Below the pieces are notes generated by a model that ran no database searches, was not told where the DNA came from, and saw only the letters and a program-made list of their open reading frames with translations. 64,000 nucleotides of DNA from Bacilli bacterium (GTDB taxonomy: Bacteria; Bacillota_I; Bacilli_A; RF39; UBA660): NCBI GenBank assembly GCA_017398945.1, contig JAFQES010000027.1:771-64770 (forward strand), given 5' to 3'. The position numbers were made by a program, and so were the translations under genes. Within the stretch, counting starts at the first letter, position 1. Each line of letters opens with the position of its first letter. Of the stretch, positions 7,996 to 16,322 are shown piece by piece.

Positions 7996-10122
7996 TCATA
8001 ATTTATTCAGCCTATTAATTATATCTTCTTTCTCTCGTTCTAATATCACTTCGGATATATCAATAGCAGGTTGAAAAATATTCATATTTCCCTCAAAATG
8101 ATTGAATTCATTAAGCAATGTCTTTTTTGAAAAAAAGAATATTCTATTTTTATTATTTTCTATTGTATTTTCCTTAAAACATTGATAAATAATACTCGAA
8201 AGTTGATCATACTTAGTAGTATTAATATTATATTTATTGACTAATACTTTTTCAGTTATCAATCTTAAATACAAGTATACTAAATTATTACATAACACTT
8301 TATTCAAAAGAGGATAACTATTCTTATCTATAATTTCATCAAGATTATTAATATCAATACTTAAAATATCATTAACGCTTATTATATATGGATTAGATAG
8401 TTGATTTTTAAATAAATCATTGTAAATTTGACCTAAATCAATTCGAACATTTTCATATCCATGCATTAATTTCGTTAATTTATCTTTAACTTCATTTTCT
8501 CCTATATACTTAACATATCCTCTCATAAATGGGATTAAAGAATATATATACAATTTTTCATCTTTTATAAATGATAAAATTGTATTTGAACGAATAAACG
8601 CTAAAAGATCTGGAATTGAAATTAATATCTTCTTTTCATTTTCATTAATCAAAATAAATCCATTTTTTTGACCTTCAAAGTTATTAAATAAATATATGTT
8701 AAATTCCCTATTAGTTTGAAAGCCAACTAATTTTATTAGATCCATATTATGTGTTAGCAATAATACTTTCTTATTATCAAGAAATTTAATTATTGCATAT
8801 ACAAGCTTATTTTTAAAAATGGAATCAAAACTAGAAATAGGGTCGTCTATTACAATTATTTCATTATCTACATTTTTAGCTTTTAACAACTCAAAAGTTA
8901 ATGAAATAAAATTCTGTTCACCTGAACTTAGTTTTAGGTTTTCTCTTTCTACTCCTATTATATCTTCAGAATCGAGTGTAATAACTATTTTATTATTCGC
9001 TCTCTGTAGTTTAATTGTCTTATTAATGTTTTTTTCTATAAATTCTTCTATAAACATTAAATCTTCATCTGTGATATTTAAGTCTCTAGATAACATTTCT
9101 TTATATTCAAGATATTTTTTTATAAATTCATCATTTAATGACGTTACTAATGTATTAGTTAGTATATTTTTATATAATAAGATATAATAATCTATTTCTT
9201 TAATTAAATTAACAACGCCTTCTACATTACCTGTTGATATCGCATTTTTTAAAATGTATTTTATATTAAACGGATCGTCTTCTCCAATTTTTTCAATAAT
9301 ATTATTTAATATTTTTTGTGTTCCCTCATCAAGGCTACTTACTATATTATCTTTACTATTTTTTTTATCAATTAATAATTGATTTACATTTATTTCTGTT
9401 TCGCAAACTATACAATTATTTAAATCTTTATATTTATTTAAAATATTAATAGCATCATCACATTGTTCAATTTTAAAAAAATCTTTAATCATTTTTATAT
9501 CAGATATTTTTTTTACTTGCATAATAATATCATAATTATTATCTGTAATGATATATTTAAATTTCCTTTTATCATATTCTTCAATGTTTATATATTTAAT
9601 ATTTTGAATTAAATTATAAAATTCATCTATATCAACATCAACAGATTTTGCTCTAGTATTTATAATTTTTTTCAAAATATTAGTTAAACCAGCATTAATC
9701 CACGATAGTTTATTATCAGTGACTTTTGATAAATTTAAATCATTTTTATATAATAACTTTATATCTTTATAAACATCATCAAATTTATCATCTATCCATT
9801 CTTTAAGTTCATATTCTTTAGCAATATTATCACCTAATAAAAAATCTTTGGCCTTGCCTTTGATAATATTTCTACTATTTTGATCATTTATAACATGAAA
9901 CAAATTACAATTATTGCTGGAATATTCTTTATCATCATAATTTAATATAAATTCACCTTTATCATCCAGCACTTTACAAAGACTACTTTTTCCAACTCCG
10001 TTAGGTGCATATAAGATATTAATATTTGTATTATCAAAATTTATTACATTGTTATCTGTCATACTATTAAAATCTTCACAAAAGATATTTTCTTTTTGTA
10101 TTTTTAAAAATTCTAATTTCAT
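7996..10122 (-). CDS. RloC/PrrC-like anticodon-nuclease family ATPase (AAA_13 type)
   Basis: 708 aa. Walker A is YAPNGVGKSS and Walker B is IIVIDDPISSFD. An internal CIVC (CxxC, zinc-hook-like) lies in a long helical insert. The C-terminus has LRLITEK (R-x3-E) and LLNEFNHF (His), arranged as in the PrrC/RloC nuclease domain. Confidence 0.6.
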   Translation of the reverse strand: MKLEFLKIQKENIFCEDFNSMTDNNVINFDNTNINILYAPNGVGKSSLCKVLDDKGEFILNYDDKEYSSNNCNLFHVINDQNSRNIIKGKAKDFLLGDNIAKEYELKEWIDDKFDDVYKDIKLLYKNDLNLSKVTDNKLSWINAGLTNILKKIINTRAKSVDVDIDEFYNLIQNIKYINIEEYDKRKFKYIITDNNYDIIMQVKKISDIKMIKDFFKIEQCDDAINILNKYKDLNNCIVCETEINVNQLLIDKKNSKDNIVSSLDEGTQKILNNIIEKIGEDDPFNIKYILKNAISTGNVEGVVNLIKEIDYYILLYKNILTNTLVTSLNDEFIKKYLEYKEMLSRDLNITDEDLMFIEEFIEKNINKTIKLQRANNKIVITLDSEDIIGVERENLKLSSGEQNFISLTFELLKAKNVDNEIIVIDDPISSFDSIFKNKLVYAIIKFLDNKKVLLLTHNMDLIKLVGFQTNREFNIYLFNNFEGQKNGFILINENEKKILISIPDLLAFIRSNTILSFIKDEKLYIYSLIPFMRGYVKYIGENEVKDKLTKLMHGYENVRIDLGQIYNDLFKNQLSNPYIISVNDILSIDINNLDEIIDKNSYPLLNKVLCNNLVYLYLRLITEKVLVNKYNINTTKYDQLSSIIYQCFKENTIENNKNRIFFFSKKTLLNEFNHFEGNMNIFQPAIDISEVILEREKEDIINRLNKL

Positions 10123-10200
10123 TAACTACCTCCCACTACTAAAAAAAGCGCAATACAAAACTTAATAAATTTTAAGCCTGTACTAGCGCTTTACTAATAT

Positions 10201-10983
10201 TTATTTTATAATTACATTAAATACGTCATTTTTATCATCATAATTCCATATTGATTGTGCTTCTTCAAAATCAACATTTGATATAAAATCTTTATAATAT
10301 TTTGTAACTCCACCAAAATAAGACTTATCCGAACTAATATTATATTTTTTATAAATTTCACCATTAATAGATAAATTAAATGATGATTTATCCTTAATTA
10401 ATTCCTTGTATTCACTTGGAATTCTCAATATCCTTGCTCTTACATCATTTTTAGTGACTCTTCTCTCAATAGTTTTAATATCTCGTTTTTCTTCTAATTT
10501 TTCATCATTAACAAAAAGATCATTTAATTTATTAATACTAAAATAATATTTGACATCGAACATCATATCACCATGAGATTTACAAAAGTCTATTAGTTGA
10601 CTACCATTAATTAAAGTAATTGGTTGATTAGTATCATATGCTTCTTCTATTGCACCTTTAGTGTAATCACTAGTAGTAATAAAAATTTTTCTAACAGACA
10701 TATCTGTTTTAGAACCTCTAAAATCTCTTATATCACTAGGACCAACTTTATTATTTATTCCGTAACATTTTGCCTGAACAACATAATCAATAGTATTTAA
10801 GTTTAGTTGCTCTATTTCTTTTTTATTACACTTTAAATCTATACCACCATCACCACGTCTTTGAGTAACTTGTATATCATCAAAGTCTAACCACTTTAAA
10901 AATATTTTGCAAAAATTTTCAAATTTATATTTATCTTCATCAAAATATTTTATAAATTGTTCTCTTAATTCCTTATCACTCAT
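10201..10983 (-). CDS. Mrr-like restriction endonuclease domain protein with an unknown C-terminal domain
   Basis: 260 aa. TQRRGDGGIDLKC...YVVQAKCY...DIRDFRG matches the Mrr catalytic core pattern. Confidence 0.6.
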   Translation of the reverse strand: MSDKELREQFIKYFDEDKYKFENFCKIFLKWLDFDDIQVTQRRGDGGIDLKCNKKEIEQLNLNTIDYVVQAKCYGINNKVGPSDIRDFRGSKTDMSVRKIFITTSDYTKGAIEEAYDTNQPITLINGSQLIDFCKSHGDMMFDVKYYFSINKLNDLFVNDEKLEEKRDIKTIERRVTKNDVRARILRIPSEYKELIKDKSSFNLSINGEIYKKYNISSDKSYFGGVTKYYKDFISNVDFEEAQSIWNYDDKNDVFNVIIK

Positions 10984-10994
10984 ACTTTATACTC

Positions 10995-11807
10995 CTAATT
11001 AAAATATGCTTTTTTTATTCTCTCCAGTGCATCTAGAATATATTTTGAACATATTTTATATTCATCAATTATGATGTCATATCCCTTTTCATCATCACAT
11101 ACAAAGTTCCAATATTCTTTTCCAATCAATAATTCATCATCACTAAAATATTGTTTCACTCTCTCTTGACGCCATTCATTTCCTTCACCAAACATATTAT
11201 AAGCAGTAGCTAAATAAATTTTTACACTTTCTTCATCATTCTCCAATGCATTTCTCAAAATAAAATATTCATCTAATAAAGCTTCTTTCTCACTTTTTGC
11301 TTTTTTAATATCTAAATCGCCACCGGCTTTTAATTCTATGATAAAATGTTCTCTCGTTGTAGGGTTATAAAAATGATTATCGGTTACATGTTTTTTCTTA
11401 AAACTATCTATATTCTCTGGCTTATATGCTTGTAAGTTAGTATAATCTTGTGTTTTAGGTTTTACATGCTTATCATACTCATTCATAATATTTGATTTCC
11501 TTTGTATTTGTTCTGGTAGTAAATATGAAGAAATATCTTCTAATACAACCTCATATGAAATATCCGCAATATCATTAGATAATTTTTCTAAAATCTTACC
11601 AAAACTAGAATCAAATGATCTACAAAATGCAGAATAAAACATAAACTCATTACCCAATTGTGAAACAAATGCATTATTTTTTTTAGCATTAATTACACCT
11701 GTTGGATCAGATAATTCTTTCATATATCTTTTTTCAAATTTTCTAACAAAATCTTCTATATTATTTCTAACTTTTTCTCTTATTTTTTGTTCCTTAATAG
11801 CATCCAT
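10995..11807 (-). CDS. Putative type II restriction endonuclease, partner of the adjacent methyltransferase
   Basis: 270 aa. It lies 10 nt downstream of the MTase gene. FIIELKAGGDLD provides a candidate (D/E)xK motif. I cannot identify the family with confidence. Confidence 0.45.
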   Translation of the reverse strand: MDAIKEQKIREKVRNNIEDFVRKFEKRYMKELSDPTGVINAKKNNAFVSQLGNEFMFYSAFCRSFDSSFGKILEKLSNDIADISYEVVLEDISSYLLPEQIQRKSNIMNEYDKHVKPKTQDYTNLQAYKPENIDSFKKKHVTDNHFYNPTTREHFIIELKAGGDLDIKKAKSEKEALLDEYFILRNALENDEESVKIYLATAYNMFGEGNEWRQERVKQYFSDDELLIGKEYWNFVCDDEKGYDIIIDEYKICSKYILDALERIKKAYFN

Positions 11808-11817
11808 TCAAAACCTC

Positions 11818-12966
11818 CTAAATTTCATAGTTTGTTATTATTAAATGTTCAACGTCTTTATCATTTCTATTTTTAATACTAACCAAATATTTTTTATCAA
11901 AAGATTTAATATATAATCCATCAACATTATACAAATTATAAATAAAATCTGTATTTTTTATAATCAACATAAACTTTGCTTTAGTTTTTTTTAAAAAATT
12001 AGCCAATCTAATTTGATCATTTTTATCAAACTCGTTTTTTGCATATGTTGAAAATTCAGTATCATAAGGGGGATCTAAAAATATAAAATCATTACTTGTT
12101 AACTTTAATTTATTACAAAAATCCTCAAAATCCAAATTATATATTTTTGTATTTTTCATATAATTTTTTAATTTCGTAGAATTTAAATTATTTATTTTTT
12201 TATTAAAATCTTTTCTATTATAACTTATACCACCATAAGGTACATTAAATTTGCCATTAGCATTATATCTAAACATTGATGCATAACAATATTCTCTTAT
12301 AAAATAAAATATCGCACAGTAAAATTCATCTTCAATTTCTAATTCATAACGATTATTATATAAGTATCTAAAATGCATATAATATGAACTTTTAAAAGCA
12401 CATTCTAAGTTTTCTAGAATATTAGCTTCAGACATTTTTCCTCTGTTTAATTCTATTTTTCGCATTCTCTCAATTTTTGATAATAAGTTTTTTTTTATTT
12501 CCGCTAAAAAATTATCAATTTTAATATTAAAATGTTCTGATAATAATCCGTTAAATTCTTCCGAATGTTCCAACACAAATTCATAAATTTTATCACTATA
12601 ATTAATTTTTATGCGTTTATTAACCTTATCTTTTTTAACTTGCTTAGAATAATTATTATATAAAGCTATAAGTTGTTTTGAATTATTTTCAACGATTTTT
12701 TCTAATAACGTCCAATTCTTATTTATTTCTCTTAGTTTTTTTATAAATCTTTGATTGCCATCTTTAACCATGTTGTAAAGAAGTATTAATTCATCAGATT
12801 TATCGTTTATTATGCTCTCATTACAATTAATATTTAAATATACAGAACCACCGCCTACAAAAGGTTCTATATATCTATCAAATTTGGCAGGTAGATTTGA
12901 TAATATAATTGGCAATTCTTTTTCTTTACCACCAGCCCATTTTATAAAAGATTTCTCATAAGCCAT
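11818..12966 (-). CDS. Dam-family (D12 class) N6-adenine DNA methyltransferase
   Basis: 382 aa. FIKWAGGKEKELP, EPFVGGGSVYLN (SAM binding) and FLDPPYD (catalytic DPPY). Confidence 0.85.
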   Translation of the reverse strand: MAYEKSFIKWAGGKEKELPIILSNLPAKFDRYIEPFVGGGSVYLNINCNESIINDKSDELILLYNMVKDGNQRFIKKLREINKNWTLLEKIVENNSKQLIALYNNYSKQVKKDKVNKRIKINYSDKIYEFVLEHSEEFNGLLSEHFNIKIDNFLAEIKKNLLSKIERMRKIELNRGKMSEANILENLECAFKSSYYMHFRYLYNNRYELEIEDEFYCAIFYFIREYCYASMFRYNANGKFNVPYGGISYNRKDFNKKINNLNSTKLKNYMKNTKIYNLDFEDFCNKLKLTSNDFIFLDPPYDTEFSTYAKNEFDKNDQIRLANFLKKTKAKFMLIIKNTDFIYNLYNVDGLYIKSFDKKYLVSIKNRNDKDVEHLIITNYEI

Positions 12967-13144
12967 ACATTCTACCTCCTAACTGCAAAAGTACCATCTA
13001 TAAATAATTATAACATAATATTACATTTTTTTTAAGGGTTTTGGGAATTTCCCATAAAAGAATTTTGTACGGGAGTACAAATTCAGTGCTGGCTAGACAA
13101 TAAACATACTCCTACAAGTAAAAACACTACCATTTTTGATAGTG

Positions 13145-13453
13145 TTAATTTTTCTGATAATATCTTTTTAATCTTAATGGATTACTATTTTTTACTACTA
13201 AATTATATTTAATTTTTAATATTTCTTTTACCCTAGGTATAAGTTTATCCATATCACATCTACAGTTAAATACATCTATTGCCGAGTTAATATGATTCCT
13301 TAGAGGACAATCTGATAAGCAATGTCTACTATATCCATTTGCTAAATAGAATGCTACTAAATCTGGAATAACATAATTATTTAAATAATCATTAACATTG
13401 TTATAGAAAGGTAAATATATTTCTTCAAATTCTTTATCAGTTATATCACACAT
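13145..13453 (-). CDS. Hypothetical protein
   Basis: 102 aa, Cys-rich. It overlaps the upstream ORF by 8 nt. A terminator-like hairpin AACACTATCA-aaaa-TGGTAGTGTT plus T-run overlaps its stop (about 13122-13146). Confidence 0.4.
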   Translation of the reverse strand: MCDITDKEFEEIYLPFYNNVNDYLNNYVIPDLVAFYLANGYSRHCLSDCPLRNHINSAIDVFNCRCDMDKLIPRVKEILKIKYNLVVKNSNPLRLKRYYQKN

Positions 13454-13794
13454 AGATATACTCCTTTAAAATAATTTCTTCTACTCTATTTTTTATATTA
13501 TTCATTTTACCTATCCATAACATTTGATTACTACTTTTTAAATCTTCATTAATATTTTCTTTTTCAGCAAGTTCTTTAATTAAACTTTGTTCTTTCTCCA
13601 TAAGAGTAATATCAATATCATGTAAATACTCATTCAACTTATCTTTCATAATTAGTTCAGTATATAAACCTTTTTTGTTCTTCTTTAAATACTTTAATTT
13701 AAGTAATCCATACTTTCATATTAAATCTTTCTTTATCTTCTAATTTTAAATCCGGCAATAAATAATCACCAGTTCTAGTGTAACTAACGTTCAT
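13446..13794 (-). pseudogene. TnpV-like gene with one frameshift
   Basis: Frame A (13794..13699) reads MNVSYTRTGDYLLPDLKLEDKERFNMKVWIT-stop. A second frame continues LLKLKYLKKNKKGLYTELI-MKDKLNEYLHDID...QMLWIGKMNNIKNRVEEIILKEYIY (track ORF 13446..13649). Together they match the TnpV pattern of Tn4451-type serine-recombinase elements, from memory: GDYLLPNL...W..MNNI..RAEEI...E.IY. Confidence 0.55.
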
Positions 13795-13850
13795 AACTAT
13801 TTCCTCATTTCTTTCTATTTATTTTGGCTTTAATTGTTATACATTCGTTA

Positions 13851-13870
13851 CACAATGACTATCGCCACCT
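13851..13870. repeat. Element/host junction on the N-terminal side of the amidase gene (att-like)
   Basis: The plus strand reads cacaatgactatc (13851-13863), inverted relative to 2550-2562. It overlaps tcgccacct (13862-13870), the second copy of the 9-nt direct repeat. Confidence 0.7.
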
Positions 13871-14148
13871 CCCGCATTTATGTGATTAGAAATTAATAAT
13901 ACATCATTTCCACTACCATAAAAACTTTTTGCTTTATTAACCCTTTGTGAAGGTGTTAACGTCTCGTCAGTAGTTCTTGTCATACTAACATCCAATCCTA
14001 AAGCTTTTAATCGATCATAGATATAGTCACTTATCAACAAATTATATTCCTTTTCAACAATTCCATTTCCACTGGTTCCTGGATCATTTCCACCATGACC
14101 AGCATCAATTACTATTTTTTTAGGAGCTCTTTCATTCATGTTTATCAC
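13862..14148 (-). pseudogene. 5' segment of the split N-acetylmuramoyl-L-alanine amidase gene (first 95 aa of Amidase_3)
   Basis: Track ORF 13837..14148 reads MINMNERAPKKIVIDAGHGGNDPGTSGNG...LISNHINAGGG, then 8 element-derived codons (DSHCVTNV) and a stop. There is no signal peptide. Confidence 0.8.
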
Positions 14149-14225
14149 CTAATATAAAATATGTATTATTTAGCTTTTGGTGAAAAAAGATAACATCTAT
14201 GTTATAATTTCTCTGGTGATAAAAA

Positions 14226-15164
14226 ATGCCAGCAATTTATACTCATAATGTGTTTGCTAAAAACGTATATAATAATTTAGATAAAAATATTCAAAAAAAG
14301 TTTGTGGATAAAATCAATATTTATGAAATTTTCTCCCAAAGCTTTGACTTCCTTTACTACTATAATTTTTTATCTTTAAAGCCAGGAAGAAAAATTAGAA
14401 AATTTGGAAGGTATTGTCACCGCAATAATACTCAAGATTATTTACTAAATATTATAAAATATATTAAAAAAAACAAATTATATAATAACACCGATGTCTT
14501 AGCATATTTATATGGTTCTATTAATCATTACACTTGTGATACCACTATGCATCCATATGTTAATTATCTTTGTTCAATCGCCAAAGATAAAGTAGGTATG
14601 CATACGAAATTAGAATTTGAAATAGATGCTTACTACTATGAAACAGTTAACAATAAACCTTTTTATAAATATGACATTACTAAAGATTTATTAAATAAAG
14701 TTAGATTTTCTCAAGAATTAAAAGACTGTTTAAATAACGCTTTTAAACAAACATATAACGTTGATAACTTAGGTAATATCTATGAAAAAAGTTATAACCA
14801 AAGTTCTACTATTTTTAATCTTGCTATGAATGATAAATACGGAATAAAAAAGTTTATATATAAAATATTAGATCTATTAACAGTTCACTTTAATATTAAA
14901 TGTTCTTATTGTTCCTTTTATATAAAAAACGTTGATAAGTCATTTTTAAACATTAATAACAAAGAATGGTATAATCCAAGCAACAAGAACATAAAATCTA
15001 ATTTATCATGGGATGAATTATTTGATACAGCCAAAGATAAAAGTGTTATGTTAATAACTTTATGCGATAAATATTTTAACAATAAAATATCATTAAAAAA
15101 ATTAAAAGCCCAAATTCCTAACATTTCCTATGTAAACGGCCTTGTTATCAAACAAAAAAATTAG
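14226..15164 (+). CDS. Hypothetical protein, possibly of the zinc-dependent phospholipase C-like family
   Basis: 312 aa. The N-terminal MPAIYTHNVFA and several His-rich segments resemble that family. This is weak recall only. Confidence 0.3.
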   Translation: MPAIYTHNVFAKNVYNNLDKNIQKKFVDKINIYEIFSQSFDFLYYYNFLSLKPGRKIRKFGRYCHRNNTQDYLLNIIKYIKKNKLYNNTDVLAYLYGSINHYTCDTTMHPYVNYLCSIAKDKVGMHTKLEFEIDAYYYETVNNKPFYKYDITKDLLNKVRFSQELKDCLNNAFKQTYNVDNLGNIYEKSYNQSSTIFNLAMNDKYGIKKFIYKILDLLTVHFNIKCSYCSFYIKNVDKSFLNINNKEWYNPSNKNIKSNLSWDELFDTAKDKSVMLITLCDKYFNNKISLKKLKAQIPNISYVNGLVIKQKN

Positions 15165-15186
15165 CTATTTTTTCTTAGCTAATTTT

Positions 15187-16320
15187 TTAATTTGTTTTCT
15201 TTGTTTCAAGTGCTACTGACAACACTTTTTCAACACCATTTCGATTAACCGTAACACTAATCGTATCTCCAACTGAATGACTATATAATACATATCTAAA
15301 ATATGCTAATGAACTAATCTCAGTATCATCGACTTTAATGATAACATCATCTTTTTGTAGACCGCCTTTTTCAGCATCGCTTCCTTTTTCGACATCAGTT
15401 ACTAAAACTCCGCTCGTAACATTTAAAGCACTTAAAATATTATAATATTCTCTTGAATAGTAAGCATCTGCAACATTAATCATATAGATTCCTAAATATG
15501 GTTGTGATATTTCTTCTCCATTAATTATCTTATTAGCGTAATCCAATGCGGTTTCAATTGGAATAGCAAATCCCATTCCTTCAACCCCATTACTTACTAA
15601 TTTTAATGAGGTAACTCCAATTACTTCACCATTAGCATTAGCTAATGGACCACCACTATTCCCAGAATTTATTGCCGCATCTGTTTGTAATACACTCATT
15701 ACCCAATCACTTGATGAGCTATTACTTGTTGATACTTCTACTAACCTATCTTTTCCAGAAACTATTCCTCTGGTTACTGTCCAAGAATAAGCATTATCAA
15801 GTGGAGCCCCAACCGCAAAAGCCGTATCTCCAATTCTTGCATCTTTACTACTTCCTAATTCCGCAACAGAAATTATTTCATCACTATCTACAGACAACAC
15901 CGCAATATCGGCATATTTATCGCTTCCAACAACGGTAACTTCTGTTTCCTTTTGGTTAGTAAATGTTACTAAGATTTGATTGCCATCTTCAATAACATGA
16001 TTATTCGTCATAATAAAAGCTTTATTTCCATCTTTTTTATAAACAAAACCTGTTCCAGAAGCTACCCCTTTACCATTTTTATAAGTCGATACCACTACAA
16101 CAGAATCATATACCTTTTCAACAGATTCAGCTAAACCGGTATCATTTATTGTTACATTTTTCTCTAATTTAGTAGTTTCTTTAATAAATACTGTTGGATA
16201 AAGCTTTAAAACTGCATAAAAAGCTCCTGCTCCTATAAAGAATGCTAATATAGCAATTACTATAGTATTTAATTTACTATTATCATTATTATTAGTTCTT
16301 TGATAATTATTATAATCCAT
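15187..16320 (-). CDS. htrA: HtrA/DegP-family serine protease with a PDZ domain
   Basis: 377 aa. N-terminal TM segment, GTGFVY...MTNNHVIE (His), DIAVL (Asp), GNSGGPL (Ser) and a C-terminal PDZ-like region. Confidence 0.9.
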   Translation of the reverse strand: MDYNNYQRTNNNDNSKLNTIVIAILAFFIGAGAFYAVLKLYPTVFIKETTKLEKNVTINDTGLAESVEKVYDSVVVVSTYKNGKGVASGTGFVYKKDGNKAFIMTNNHVIEDGNQILVTFTNQKETEVTVVGSDKYADIAVLSVDSDEIISVAELGSSKDARIGDTAFAVGAPLDNAYSWTVTRGIVSGKDRLVEVSTSNSSSSDWVMSVLQTDAAINSGNSGGPLANANGEVIGVTSLKLVSNGVEGMGFAIPIETALDYANKIINGEEISQPYLGIYMINVADAYYSREYYNILSALNVTSGVLVTDVEKGSDAEKGGLQKDDVIIKVDDTEISSLAYFRYVLYSHSVGDTISVTVNRNGVEKVLSVALETKKTN

Positions 16321-16322
16321 TT

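Larger units (their letters stand above)
2547..13861. mobile_element. About 11.3-kb integrated element with a large serine recombinase, inserted inside the amidase gene and carrying defence cargo
   Basis: It is bounded by a 9-nt direct repeat (tcgccgcct at 2538-2546, tcgccacct at 13862-13870) and inverted 13-nt arms (gatagtcattgtg at 2550-2562, cacaatgactatc at 13851-13863). It carries the recombinase 5544..7118 and a TnpV-like remnant. All of its genes lie on the minus strand. The host gene frame is restored if the element is removed. Confidence 0.75.

Noticed and set aside
7996-10122. 708-aa ATPase considered as a RecN/SMC/Rad50-type DNA repair protein
   Set aside because: It lies inside the mobile element, in one operon with R-M genes. 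Its Walker B (VIDDPISSFD) and its C-terminal R-x3-E plus N-H arrangement fit PrrC/RloC-type anticodon nucleases better. It lacks the long symmetric coiled coils and the signature motif of SMC proteins.
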